A DNA stretch of 46,983 bases from assembly GCA_018398765.1 (NCBI GenBank), contig JAHBMJ010000478.1, forward strand, positions 1 through 46,983, read 5' to 3'. Source of the stretch: Chromera velia. Taxonomy: Eukaryota. Under the pieces are notes generated by a model. It was not told where the DNA came from, did no database searches, and saw only the letters and a list, made by a program, of their open reading frames with translations. Below are positions 14,555 to 26,796 of this stretch, piece after piece. How positions within the stretch are numbered: the stretch's first letter is position 1; each line of letters opens with the position of its first letter. The translations under genes and the position numbers were made by a program.

Positions 14555-15996
14555 AGGCCCCTCTGGATCCCTGAAACAGCCCAGTGAGAATCCCAAATCC
14601 TGTCTGCAGGTACATAACAAGAAGATACGGAAGTCTGAAAGCTTGGACAAAGGTAGGCCAGTGCCTAATATAATGCAACGAGTTGTCAAGGTTAGCTAGT
14701 ACACGTCGATCTGAGAGGAGACGGTGGGAGACGGAACCTCAAACTCACCAGAAGGAAAATAAAAACAGCGCCAGTTCCCCCGGCAAAGAAAGCAAGAGCT
14801 CGGGCATATGCATAGAGGCATGTAAAAGAAAAAAGACGTCGATCAAAGATGGAGAGCAAGACGGGCCTCTCCAAATTTACCCACCACGCTTACTAGCAGA
14901 ATGAGACGGCCATGCCCAAAGAAGAGAGACGGCTGAGGTTCGTTCCAACGTCTGCTCTTCCAATGGCATATGAAGAATCCAGCTATTTTATTTGAAATAC
15001 TGTGCAACCTGATCTGGAAACATCAGTAGTGAACACTTTCGAAACAGATCCACAGTCCCACAATGTGCAGAGATAAATATGCAGTGTGCGTCGATCTAGT
15101 CGATTACGTCGATCATCTTTGAGCTCAATGTGCATAGAGGTGCAACCGCATCCTTCAGCTGCATCTGCGTACATCAAAATTGGCTTTTTTGATTTAATCA
15201 ATATCGATCCGCGCGATTTTAAATTTCGGTGCTCCCCGCCGCCGCCTTAATTGCATGCATAACGGGCGCGTGCGTTGACGTACGAAACACACACGCCGTG
15301 CGGTCAAATACAATATATTTTTTTCTCTCACTAAACCCAATTAATTTAAAAACAGGAAATCGTACTGTTTGATCGCTTAAAACTCTTTGTTTTAAGCTTT
15401 TAAATATTGTTTACTGCCTAAAAAAGCTTGAGAGGTATGGTTGTTTTGGAGACCGTTTTACTGTTAGAGACCGTTCGGGATAGATTTGTCTTATTAAGAC
15501 ACTGTCAGTCGAATGTCAGTCGATTATCGATTGATTGAGGTCACGATCTAGACTGCATGATACTCTTAAAGTATGTAGACGTGATGTACAATTCATATTC
15601 CCACAATAAGACGCGGCTCAGATTCAGTTGTTGGCCGAATCGGATCAAAACTTAAATGTTTTGATTGGATCATGATGTGGAGGCAGTGTTCTCCATACAG
15701 GCCACCCCCAAAGCAGACTGTGAATATGAGTATCAGTTTCATTTATACTCATACTATTGTTTAAACAAACTAAATTTTTATAAGGGTATAAATTCAGTTG
15801 TTTAAACCAATTCATCAATAAATTCCTATATTAGTATATGCAGCTTACATTCAAAGCTTATATACACTGCGTTTTTGATTTGCTATTCTTTTTTAATATG
15901 TTGTAGATATTCTATTAAATAACGTTTAATATGAGTGTCTACACAAATAAAAAAAAATAGCTCATCTCAGACTGGGGGCCTTGCGCATTAGCGTGA

Positions 15997-16784
15997 GAGC
16001 CGGAGGAGACCGGACTACAGCGACTAGGCAAACGTCGGCAGCAAATCAAAGCATGGCGGGAATTTTTTACCGCGCGTTTGCGTCTAGTCCCGTGGTCCTT
16101 GCGGCTTGTCGGGGGACAACTCCCCGCTAAGATACACAAAAGTATCTCGCGGGCCCACCAGCTCAGTAAGCTTTAGCAAGCTAAACTAGCTCGAAGGCCT
16201 GGAGCTGGAATGGAAGGTAAAGCAGAGCGAAGCGGAGTTGGAGCCGCGTTCTAGCGGAACCCGGAGAGCGCGGGTGATAATTGACAGAAGCCACATACCG
16301 CCACAAATAGATAAGCAGGAAAAAAGAAAAGATAGTCTCCTTCCCCTTCTGTTTTTAAGATTGGGGGCCCTCAAGGAAAGGTAAAGAAACGATAACCCGT
16401 ATTGTCAGTTAGTAGTCATGGATTGATTTGCGATACCCTCCTTCCCACCCTTCTTTGACTCTTCTCTTTGTTCAAACACACTACTCGGTTAGTGAAGCCT
16501 AATTAGGGTGATGAACTATTCCGTACCGGTGCTGTTGTAAGGGAAGGGCAAAGTAACTGTTATAGGAGGAGCCGGAGGAGACCGGACTACGGCGACTAAG
16601 CAAACGTCGGTAGCAAATTAAAACATGGTGAAAATCTTCTGCCGCGTGTTTGCGTCTAGTCCTATGGTCCTTGCGGCTTGTGGGGGGAGAACTCTCCGCC
16701 AAGACGCACAAAAGTATTTCACGGGCCTACCAGCCTAGTAAACTTCAGCAAGCTAAGCTAGCTCGAAGGCCTAGAGCTAGAATG
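15997..16784. repeat. 216-bp direct repeat (15997-16212 / 16569-16784)
   Basis: Ungapped manual alignment gives ~30 mismatches, ~28 of them transitions. Confidence 0.9.
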
Positions 16785-17221
16785 AGTCCTCCGTGGTGTA
16801 ATATATTAATAGCTTGAAAGCTATAGCTAGCTAGGGATTCGGATTGCCACTCAAAAAAACCGGCCGGCCGTGCCTGTCAAAAACTCCATTTTCATCATTT
16901 CGTGCCTCAGGGATGAACCGACCAAACCGACTGAACTAACTGAACTGACCGAACTGCAGGAACTGAACTGAGAGAGGAACCTTTGCTTGTACGTCTTCGG
17001 CAGAAAAGATAGGGAATCAAAGGAGATTGGGAGTTCTGATCTTTTTCTCTCTCCGTCTCCTCCCGTTCCGCCCCGGGTGATTTTCTTTAGAGGTCATCTG
17101 ACAGACCTCTAACTGACACGAAGTGACAGAATGAATCTCACTGGCCCGTTACCCTTGGGAGAAAAAAAGGACACAGAAACAGAGGAGTCCATCTCCGTCC
17201 TTTCTGTTCCCCCTGAGGTAC

Positions 17222-20200
17222 TTGTTTCTTCCCTTTCCTTCTCGTTTCTTCTCTGGCGACTCCATAGATTCTGACGGCCCCGTCACGAAGACGTTCATCT
17301 GGGAGGCGCTTCGGGATGCGACGGCAGAGATGCGGAGGAGCTTCTATTCCCGGGAGGAGGGAGAGAGGATGGAAGTAAGGATAGGCAGACTGTCCGAACA
17401 GATGGACAGACTGAGAATTGAGCTACGAGGAGGGAGAGAGAGCAGGGCGAGAATCATTGAGGGAATAGATTTCGTTCGGTTTGAGGGAAGAGTTCCCCTC
17501 CCCGAAGTAAAGAAGAAGATTGACCAGCAGCAGCTCATGGATCCGAACTCCCCCCTGAGTAGATTCCTCAAGAACATTCACGGAAATGAAGTCTTGGCAG
17601 GGGCGGGAACAGAGACGGATGGGCAGCTGCCTGTCTTCGAAATGAGCTCTGTGGTTGGCTTCGTTTCTTTTCGGGGAGGGGGCATTCTTTTCTTCTCCTC
17701 AGAACGGGCGGTGAACGTTTTCTCCGGCGATGACTGCGGGGTTTACCCGCTCTTCGGTACGATCTCGGAGTTCTCGCTCGACGACCCTCATCTCTCTGTG
17801 CGCTTCTCTATCCGGCCGGGGGCTGGTACTACAAGTAAGTTCCTGCGTGCCTCGGCGAGTTCGAGGCATTTTAACAGATGGAGACAGGCTATATCTCTCG
17901 CCCCAGTAGGGGTATCGAACGCGCGTTCACCCCCCTTCTACCTGCAGGTTTCGACGGGGCAGAGACCCCCCACCCATACCCAGAGATCCCTCGTGCAGGG
18001 CTCTTCCCCAGGAAGGGGGAGAAGGGATGGGAGGACAGAGACTGGGGAGAGAGGAGACAGACGGATGACCCCCCCCTTCAGCTAAGGGGGTGGGGCTTAT
18101 GGACAGGGGAGAATCGAGGACGAGATGAGGGGGACTTTGAAACGGGGGCGGGGGAACCCGAGCCCCCCTCTCCCTCCCTCTAATCGCTTCGGGCACGCTC
18201 CCCCCCCTGTAATCGATGGGGTCGGGAGGGGCATCGGGGGGGCCGGGTTGTATATAGAAGGGAACAGGGACTTTGCGCTGACTCACCGGGGGGGAGCCAC
18301 CCGGAATATAAATTCGGCCTCCAGGGAAAAGGAGAGGAAAGAGGGGAGAAGCAAAGGTGGGGACAGGGGCAGAGGAAGAGTTGTGATGGACGGAACGGAA
18401 GGAACCGGAGGGGCGTGGCGAATGAGTGATAGGGATATGGAGAGGATGCAGCAGAGGGAGAGCAGACCCAACCTCGAGGAACAAGGACAGATGGGATCAA
18501 ACGGGCCCCCTACCGGAGTCGGAGAGCCTCTGCTGGCCTTTCCCCAGCCATCTCTCTTACACTCACTCCCTTGCTCCAACCTCCCTCCCTTCTTTCAGAT
18601 CCCCTAGCAGACGTGGCCTCACTATTACCCCCAGTTTCCCCTGCCTCCATTCCTCTGCCCACCTGCGGGGGTGGGGGGTCAAGTTCCGGGAAATATACTG
18701 GTAGCTCCTCCGGGGATGGGGGGTCAGATTCCAGGGGTCTTGCCGGTGGTTCCTCCGGGGATGGGGGGTCAGTTGGATAGGGGACATGGGAGAGGGGAAG
18801 AACGGTCTGCTCGGCCCGTGGGGGGCAATCAGCCCTCCTTACAGGATCCGGCTATACTCCAGGTCGGACGGGGGGGAGGCCTCCCTCATCCAGCAGGCGG
18901 CCTGGGGGGGGGGCTAAGGGGGGGGAAAGGGAATGGGGGAATGGGTAGGAAGAAAAAGAAAAAGAGGAAGGGGGGTACTGGTGATGTGGAGATGGAGGAC
19001 GCAGAGCAGGCTCAACCTCGAGCCCGGAATAGAAACATCGAGGCAGAGAGAGAGAGAGCAGAAGGAGGGAAAAAGAAAAGAGAGGAGGAAGAGGAGAGAC
19101 GAGTGCAAAGGAAGGAGGAGCAAAGAGAATTGGAGATAGATATTATTATGAGACAAACAGGAGTGGAGAGGGAGGCGGCAAGGCAGGCCCTGGCTGAGGG
19201 GGGGGACCTGGTGGAGGCGATACTTAGCCTCATGAATGAGCAGACAGAGATACAGCAGATGCAGAGGGGACCTTCGAGAGGGAGACAACGGAGAGGGGAG
19301 GGAAAGGGATGGGACATCTTCTCTGGGGATTTCGGCGAGAGCGCGGCAGCCGGGAAGGAAGCCTCGTCTGTCCCCGTCACTCCTCTAGAGAAGCAACAGC
19401 AGCAGCCTGTTTCCCCGGCCCCCCTCTTCCCTCACCCTATGACTCCCGTGACAGTCCCACCCCAGCCTCCAACTGTCGTGCGTCTCCCTCCCCCAAGCAA
19501 AACAAATTCTCGGACGGTACCCCCCACGGCTGTCCTGAGAGAAAGGCTGAAGGCTGCCCCGGGATCCATCATCCCCCCCATTAAGGGGAGCAGGAGAGAG
19601 GGGGGTTTGACTCTGGGACAGAAGGGGGCGATAGGACAGAAAAGTGAGGGGGGGGGTCAAAAAAGGAAAATCAGAGTCGCAAGGGCCGGAGCGGCCCCTT
19701 TTCTGACTCTAGGAAGTGAGTCACTTTACTCTGTCTCTGCCAGGGAGGAGGAGGAGGGTGATGACAGGTCTGTATGCACCTCCGCGCTGGAAGAAGCCCC
19801 CCCCCTCTCCCTCGCCGAGGAAGAGGGAGAGGGGGGTTATATCTTCAGTAAAGAAGAAGGGGGAATGGTCCCAGCTGGGACTAGAAGGAGTCCTGAGGCG
19901 CAGAAGAGGTGGAAGGAGGAAAGAAGGAAGGAGAAGGACGAGCCCCTCGAGCAGAGGGGGGAAGTTTGGCCTGCAGACCAGCCGGTCTCATCTTCTTCCT
20001 CCTCCTCCACTGCTGGGGTGAATGTGGGGAAGTCGGAAAAGGGATGTGGGGGGGAGGTCTAGGTGGGGGACAGAAGGCCAGACAGAAGGTAGTTTTAGTA
20101 GGTAGAGACCTCCCTCCTTCCTCTCTTCTCTCTTTCTCTCAGACAGCTGGTCAGACAGTCAGTCGTGGGAATTTCAAAGGGGTTAGGGCAGGTTTCAGGC

Positions 20201-23200
20201 AGGCAGACACACAGATAGCAATTGATAGACTTCCCCCCTCACCTCCTTGTTCTCACCCCCCTGCTCTGAAAGATGGATTCCTTTCTTGTGATGAGGTGGA
20301 GGCCCTCATACAAGTGACTGTACATGAGCGACCCTTCACCCTGGTTAAGAGGGGGAGTGAGAAATTAGGGAACGTAAGGAACTTTTCGCCCTCTCTCCCT
20401 CCCCGATCTGAGAAGAAAGAGCGCTTTCTTTCATACTTTGCTCCTCTTGCATCTGATAATGACTGCATCTTATATTCCCCTTCTTCTTGTAGGCAGGAGA
20501 GTGTAGGAGAGTGCCACGGCCGGAGGGACAGGGGGCAAAGAAGAATGTATGACAGAAGGAAGAGGACCGTCATCGAATCTTCCGATCTACAGAAGCGCTC
20601 TTTTTCCCCCCGACCTCCTCCTCCTCCTCCTCCTCCTTCCTCTCTCTCTTCTTCTCGCTTTTCTTCTTCTTCTTCTTCTTCATCTTTTTCTTCTTCTTCT
20701 TCTTCTTCTTCTTCTTCTTCTTCTTCTTCTTCTTCTTCTTCTTCGTCTTCTTCTTCTCCTTTCTTCTTCTTCTTCATCTTCTTCTTCTCCTTCTTCTTCT
20801 TCTTCTTCTTCTTCTTCTGCTTCGTTCTTCTCTTCCCCCTCCCCCGCCTCTGGTATGGGCAAGAACAAGGGTGAGAACGGACAGAGAGGGGTGGGGGGGG
20901 TGAGACCAGACCACCGGGGGTATCTCTTATCTTTTTGAAATTCCTCTTTCTCTTTTTCTCCATTTTCTTCTTCTTCTCCTTCCCTTTCCTCTTCTTCTTC
21001 TCATTCTTCTCCTCCCATTCCTTCCATATCTCCCTCTTCTGCTTTTTTCCTTTCTTTCCCCCCCTCCAGTACTGGTGTGAGGGTATCCGCCTATGACAGG
21101 GCTGGGGGGGAGGGACGGGTAACGCCTGTGACATGGCAGCCCGGACCCTCCCCCCACCCGATTCGATTCGATTCTTTCTCAGGACCCTGCAGGTGTTGTG
21201 CCGGAGGGGAGGGGGGCCTCCGGGTCAGACCCTCCTCTCACCCGATTCAAACCGTCTTGATCGATCGACCGACTGATTCTCTTTCCCCTGTGTTTTCTTC
21301 TTCTTCTTATTCTTCATCTTCCTCTCCTCTTTCTATTTGTGAATCGATGAATGTCCCTCCTGTTCGCGTTCAAACAGAGGAGGGGTGCGTTGGGGGTGTC
21401 CGGGAGGGTGGGGGTGTGGGTTGGGCTTTTTTTCCCTCTTCTTCTTCCTCTCCTCTTTTTTCTCCTCTTGATCCATCTTTCCCTTCCCCACCCCTCCCAT
21501 CTTTTTCTTTTTCTTTTTCTTCTTCTTCTTCTATTTCCTCATCATCTCTTCCCTCTCTCCCTTTGCCTCTTCTTCCCCCTTCTACCTCAGAAACGCACGT
21601 GCAAGATACAGTTGAGCCTGAGTGTCGGGAGGCCCAGGTCATCTCCCCATGAGAGGAGCCTTTGCTCGCTGCTCCACCATCGTCCCCACGCTCTGCTTCT
21701 CCTACCCCCCCCTCACGCCTTCACTACAGCTCTCCCATGGTTGGGGAAGCTGGGATCAGAGGGGCTCTCGGTGTTTCTGAGACCTCCCCCCGAGACATTC
21801 TTGAGAAATGCAGGAGAAATGCTGACAAAAAGATTGTCAGAAGACTCAGAGAGAGGGAAGGACTACGGAGAGGGCTTTGGGGGAGAAGAAAAAAAAACTG
21901 CTCCGCATGTGGAGGCGCCCTGAGAGGAGGTAGATGCCCTGACTTCCTCTGCAGCACCGAGGAGGAGGTGCAGGCAGAGGAGGAGGAGTCTTTCCCCTTG
22001 CCGGGGGAGGGCGGGTGGCTAATCACTCGTATCATGAATATGAGGGGGGGGAAGGGAAAAAGGAGGGAATATGAAGTGGTTAAGACTGGATAGGATAGAA
22101 CGTTCTGAGTAGGGGCAGCTGCTGTTCCTCCCTTCCTCCGGACATCTTTTTAGGTTGAGAAAAGACGTAAGAGAGACAACCTTCCACCTCCCCCGTCCCT
22201 CTCCCCCTCCAGCCCCCCTCCTTCCCTTTCCCCTTCCGCTGCCCTCTCTCCCTCTCCTTTTATTTCCCCATCTGCCCTTTCCCTTCCTTCCCTCCCTCCA
22301 TCTCCCGATTCCGTTTCTGATGCTCCCTGTCCCTCGCCCTCTTCTCAGTCAGTATGTAGCATGGCCTCTGGGGAATTGCATGAATCTTTTGTTAATCATA
22401 GTGACAAGAAGAAAAGGCAGGGGAGCAGTTTGACCATAAGTGCGCTCAACATGGGACCCTTAGAAACGAAGTTGGGGGGCGGTTCTCTCGAGAGCTGGCT
22501 ATCAGGCGTAGATATTGCCATGATTCCCGAGACATGCATGCCTACAGGAAAAGTCCGTACGGCCTTCCACTCGGGGGAGAATTTCTCCCACATGGAATAG
22601 AAAAGAAGAAAAATTGGGGTTCACTCTAGAGCTGCCAAACAGGATATACGAACGGGGGGTATGTGCATCCTTATCAAGAATTCGTTAATTCCTGTTCTCC
22701 ATCCGACCTAGGAACTGGTGGGGCCCGACCTGGTCAAACTGACGGTCAGGGTGCAAGAAAAGAAAGGGAAGGGGGGGGAGAAAGATAGTCCACGTACCCG
22801 AACGCTGCACGTCTTCGGTGTGTATCTTCTGCATGCCAATTCGGACTATAGAGGTTCCAGAGAACGGGTAAATGAAGAGAGGGAAGAATTGTTGGAGGCG
22901 TTATACGCTATCCCCCTGTCAGATCTGCGAATAGTGATGGGGGACCTGAATGTACACCTGGCTAGCGAGTGCCCAAAAGGGGTCACGTGAGAAAGGGAAA
23001 TAGACACTGAAACCGGGACGGGGCATGAAGGGAATAAGAATCATTATGCAGACGGACACTCACTGGAATTCACGCGTAAGTCTCTATGTTCAAATCTTAA
23101 CGAAGCAGGTCGTTGGATCCTTCACTCGCTTTGCGAGAAGTCCAACTTCCTGCCAGCCGCCGGTCTGTACCTAAAGGATGAAAGAAGGGAGGTGGAGGTC

Positions 23201-26200
23201 AGACTGACCGGGGCATGGACCTTTAAGAATGGGAAGTCTAAGTCGGTAATTGACATTCCTTTGATTGACCCTCTGCTTCTTTGTTATCTCTCTTCTTACA
23301 TGGTCGAGTCTCATCCGGAGGTCGCAAAGCAGCATGCGGCTGTCTCTCTTTCTCTTGACTTCTCTTTTCCTCCCTCTTCGTCTATGCATGAATGTATTTC
23401 TGACTCATCCCTCTTCTGGCCTCTCTCTCATCTGGGTGAAGTAGGCAGATGTACCCCTGTCTGCAACGATGAGTTGATGGAGGTGGCCCTCTCTCTGAAA
23501 GCGTTCACAGAGAGTGGAGGGCTAGACTTATAGGATGAGGGTTTACGTCAAGCGCAGGAGTGGGGAGACGCTGTTCCTTACTTCTTCGATCCCCCAAAAC
23601 CTCCGCCCGAGCCGCCCCCATCAGATGCAGTGTCTTTCTCTCTGACAGAGCAATTATGACAGATTTCTGACTCCTGGCAGACATGCCTAGCCAGTGGGAA
23701 TTCCAAAGGGGTAGGGATGGGAAGCAAAAAGGAAAACATGAAAGAAAGAAAGGATATAAGTCAACGGGAGTCGTCCCGGCTAAACTGGTGGGATGAGGAA
23801 TGTTCGGCTAAACAAATGGAGGTGAGAGAGGCCGAGAGAGAATGGAAGGACCTGAGAGGAATATGGGGGGCAGATGAAGGTAACCGGGGAGGTCCCACCC
23901 AGAGTGCGAAGCGAAAGTTTAAGTCCTTTCACAGGATAAGGAAGAGACTGTTTGCCCATATAAAGAAACTGTACATGCTAACAGGCAAGCAGAGAGGTTA
24001 GCAGGGGAGGCTGCGACCGACTCCTCGGCGATTTGGAGGTGGAAGAGCGAAACGAGCAGTGCGAGAGGTGGGGGAGACAGACCGACCCCCGCGGCTTTTA
24101 CCGATTTCTGGGCCTCTGTATTTGAGGGTGAAGGGCTCCCTCCTCTTCCAGTTGCTTCCTCTGCTTTCTCTCTCTCTTCCCCCCCTCCTTCCCTGGCCTT
24201 CTCTTATAAAAGGATTATCGGTGCACTTCGATCGATCGATACAAGTAAGGCTAACAGAATTGGGGGCGTTTCCCCCAGGCATCTTGACCTCTGTTTCAGC
24301 TCTTCTCCCCTTTCTCATTTCCTTCTTTTTGTCCTTTTTAATTTATTTTATCGTTATTCCTATTGGCCGTCTCTTTGGAATTTGATCCGTGTAGTTCTGG
24401 TTCCGAAAGGCCCCCCCCTCTCCTGACTGCTCGGAATGGAGACCTATCCACATTATGTGTTTACTTGCGAAACTGTTTGCCCTCCTGATGGATGAGAGAT
24501 TGAGAGAACAGACCTCATTAGACAACTGCCAGCTAGGGTTCAGGAAGGGGGTTGGGACCAGGGAGGCCATTGCAGCGCTGGCGGGACTCGTAGCGAGCTC
24601 CAAAGCCCGGAAACTCCCCCTTCTGGCTGCGTTCCTTAACTTTTCTAAGGCGTTTGATAAGGTCCTTCGAGGTCTGTTGCTGAGACGGCTTCAGAAGGAG
24701 GGTGTGTCGGAATATGATGTTTTGATGGTGCATGCTATGTACTTTGATGTCTGGGCGAGGGCCGATGGTGTAGATAGGGAGATACAGGAAGGGGCGGGGG
24801 TGAAATAGGGTGACCCTCTCTCTCCCCTGCTCTTTCTTCTGTTCATTAATAATCTGCACCGTCACATCCGCCTCTCGGCTCACCAAGAGGATGAGCTCGG
24901 GGGGGAAGAGTCAGAGAAGGATGGAACAGTGTCTGACGAGAGGTCTATAGAAAGCAGAACACATGACTACCCTTGAGCAGGCAGATTGAGAGGGGTTGAC
25001 ATTGGGAAGGGGAACAAGAAGACCGAAATAGCGGTGAAGAGGAAAAGAGGGAAAGTCAGGGTCAGTCAGGATGATACGATCTGTGTGGGGCCCAAGCCTC
25101 TCGAAAGCCTCGGTTACGCTGACGACCTTATTCTGTTTGGTCGTTCTTCGCATGAGCTTCAAGCGAGAATGAATAAATTGGCGGAATATTGTTGGACGTG
25201 GGGCCTCACGGTCAATTTGAAAAAAACAAAAGTAATGAGGCTTTCCTGCAGCAAGGAGAATATTAGTCAGCCAATCTTCTTTGAAGGGAAGGAAGTCGAG
25301 AGAACGGGCCAGTATAAATATTTAGGCTGCACCTTTTTTGAAGGCAGATCTCTCCGTTCCTCTGTGAGACATCGCTTGGGAGTGGCAGAGAAGGCACTCG
25401 GGGGGGTCATTGGGCTCTGTGTTTCTCTTGGTCGTCTCTTCCCGACTTCGAAAATTATGCTCTTTTGGGGTCTGTGGATTCCTGTGGCCCTTTACGGGCT
25501 AGAAGCGTTTTCCTTCAGTCAGGCAGACATGAAAGCGTTGGATGATTTGCAACTACGTTTTGTTAGATAGGTTTTCGGCCTTCCCCGCAATTCGTTTCGT
25601 GTCCCCTCCCTCTTCATCTCCGGCCTTTGCCCGATACGGGCTATCTTGACTGAAAGAGTGGAGGGTTTTTTACGTAGCCTCTCTTTAACATCCCACTGTG
25701 TGCCCGCCGGCTTTTTAGATCTCTGCAGAGACGGCCTTTATGGCGATTGGTGGAGGTCCGTCAAGCTGTTGATGGGACCTTTCGCTCCTGAACTCTTCTT
25801 TGTCGAGGGGGTGCTTTCGGGCCCGGGAGAGAAAGCTGCATTAAAAAGAAAGCTCGCGGTAGAAGGAAAAGGTAGGGAGGCACAAGAATGGTTGGACGAC
25901 TGGTTTGTAGCTACCTCCTGTTCTTTGCAAAAAGAGGGCCGGCAGGGCAGGGGAGGGCAGGTAGGACGGGGGGGAGTTTTCTCTAATGGAGTGAGGCCTT
26001 CGGTCTTCCAAGTCGAACATCTGTCTAGACAGCGTTTGGCCCGTCTTGTCATGGGAGGATGGACCGGCTCAAGCGGGCGGCGTGTTCCTATGGTTCGACC
26101 TCTCCCTAGGAGACTGCTCTGTTCGGAGGCTGTACACTGTTGAGGGGAGGGGGAGGAGGTCCGAACGGGGAGGTAGAGACGGTCTACGAGCACTGCCCCC

Positions 26201-26481
26201 TCGATTTGCATGGGCGTGGCCATCTGAATGATGTTATCCATAAGTTAACTGAATGTAAAGGGACCAAAGGGGAGAAGCGACGCATGAATAGGCTTTTAGA
26301 TGAAGTAAGAGACGCTCGCTCTAAGTCGGACTTGATCGTGTGGGCACAACAAATGGCTAAGCAGCAGTTGGGACGGGGTGTGAGCGAAAATGAGAAGAAA
26401 GTGAGGGAGATATTCACACTTCTCCTCGAAAAGCACCTTGTTGCAGGCACACAGGCGATCTCCGATTGCCTTCGTAAGTAG
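17222..26481 (+). pseudogene. LINE polyprotein reading frame (~3,000 codons): coiled coil, PH-like, UBA-like, Ser/Pro-rich linker, Cys4, chromo-like, APE, RT, degenerate C-terminal Cys/His
   Basis: ORFs starting 17222, 18125, 18671, 21077, 21662, 22361, 22718, 23192, 23717, 24455, 24986 and 25646 share one frame, separated by in-frame stops. Local frameshifts are inferred near 20050, 20760, 23990, 24415 and 26125. The true start codon is not determined. Confidence 0.8.
20615..20820 (+). repeat. (CCT)n/(TCT)n microsatellite inside the LINE frame (poly-Pro/Ser)
   Basis: Directly visible trinucleotide tract. Confidence 0.95.
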
Positions 26482-26505
26482 CTGTGTGTGTTCCCTCAGT
26501 CTGTC

Positions 26506-26527
26506 CTTCTTTCTCTTTTCTTCCTTC

Positions 26528-26570
<43 letters not shown>

Positions 26571-26639
26571 TTTTTCTTTCTTTCTTTCTTCCTTTCTTCC
26601 TTCCTTTCTTTCTTTCTTTTTTTCTTTCTTTCTTTCTTC

Positions 26640-26674
<35 letters not shown>

Positions 26675-26680
26675 TTCCCT
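26506..26680 (+). repeat. (TTTC)n microsatellite in the LINE 3' UTR
   Basis: Directly visible; starts shortly after the stop at 26479-26481. Confidence 0.95.
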
Positions 26681-26796
26681 CACTTCCTCTCACTCTTTCC
26701 CCGTCGTTGTTCATTCTTGATGACCGTACTTGTTTTTGAGGGGAATATTTCGTTATGTCTGTCTAAGTGTGTTTCATCCGATTGATTGATTAATTG

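Larger units (their letters stand above)
16894..26796 (+). mobile_element. ~9.9-kb APE-type non-LTR retrotransposon (LINE), decayed
   Basis: APE motifs (ISALNM, MIPET, GVY, VMGDLNVH, SVID) at ~22430-23350. RT motifs (WP..W..VVLVPK, WRPI, QLGFRKG, FLNFSKAFDKV, GVK*GDPLSP, YADD, YKYLG) at ~24200-25330. 3' UTR contains (TTTC)n and ends in an (ATTG)n tail. Confidence 0.95.

Noticed and set aside
20253..21134. Minus-strand Lys/Glu-rich 293-aa ORF
   Set aside because: It is the antisense shadow of pyrimidine microsatellites within the LINE frame.
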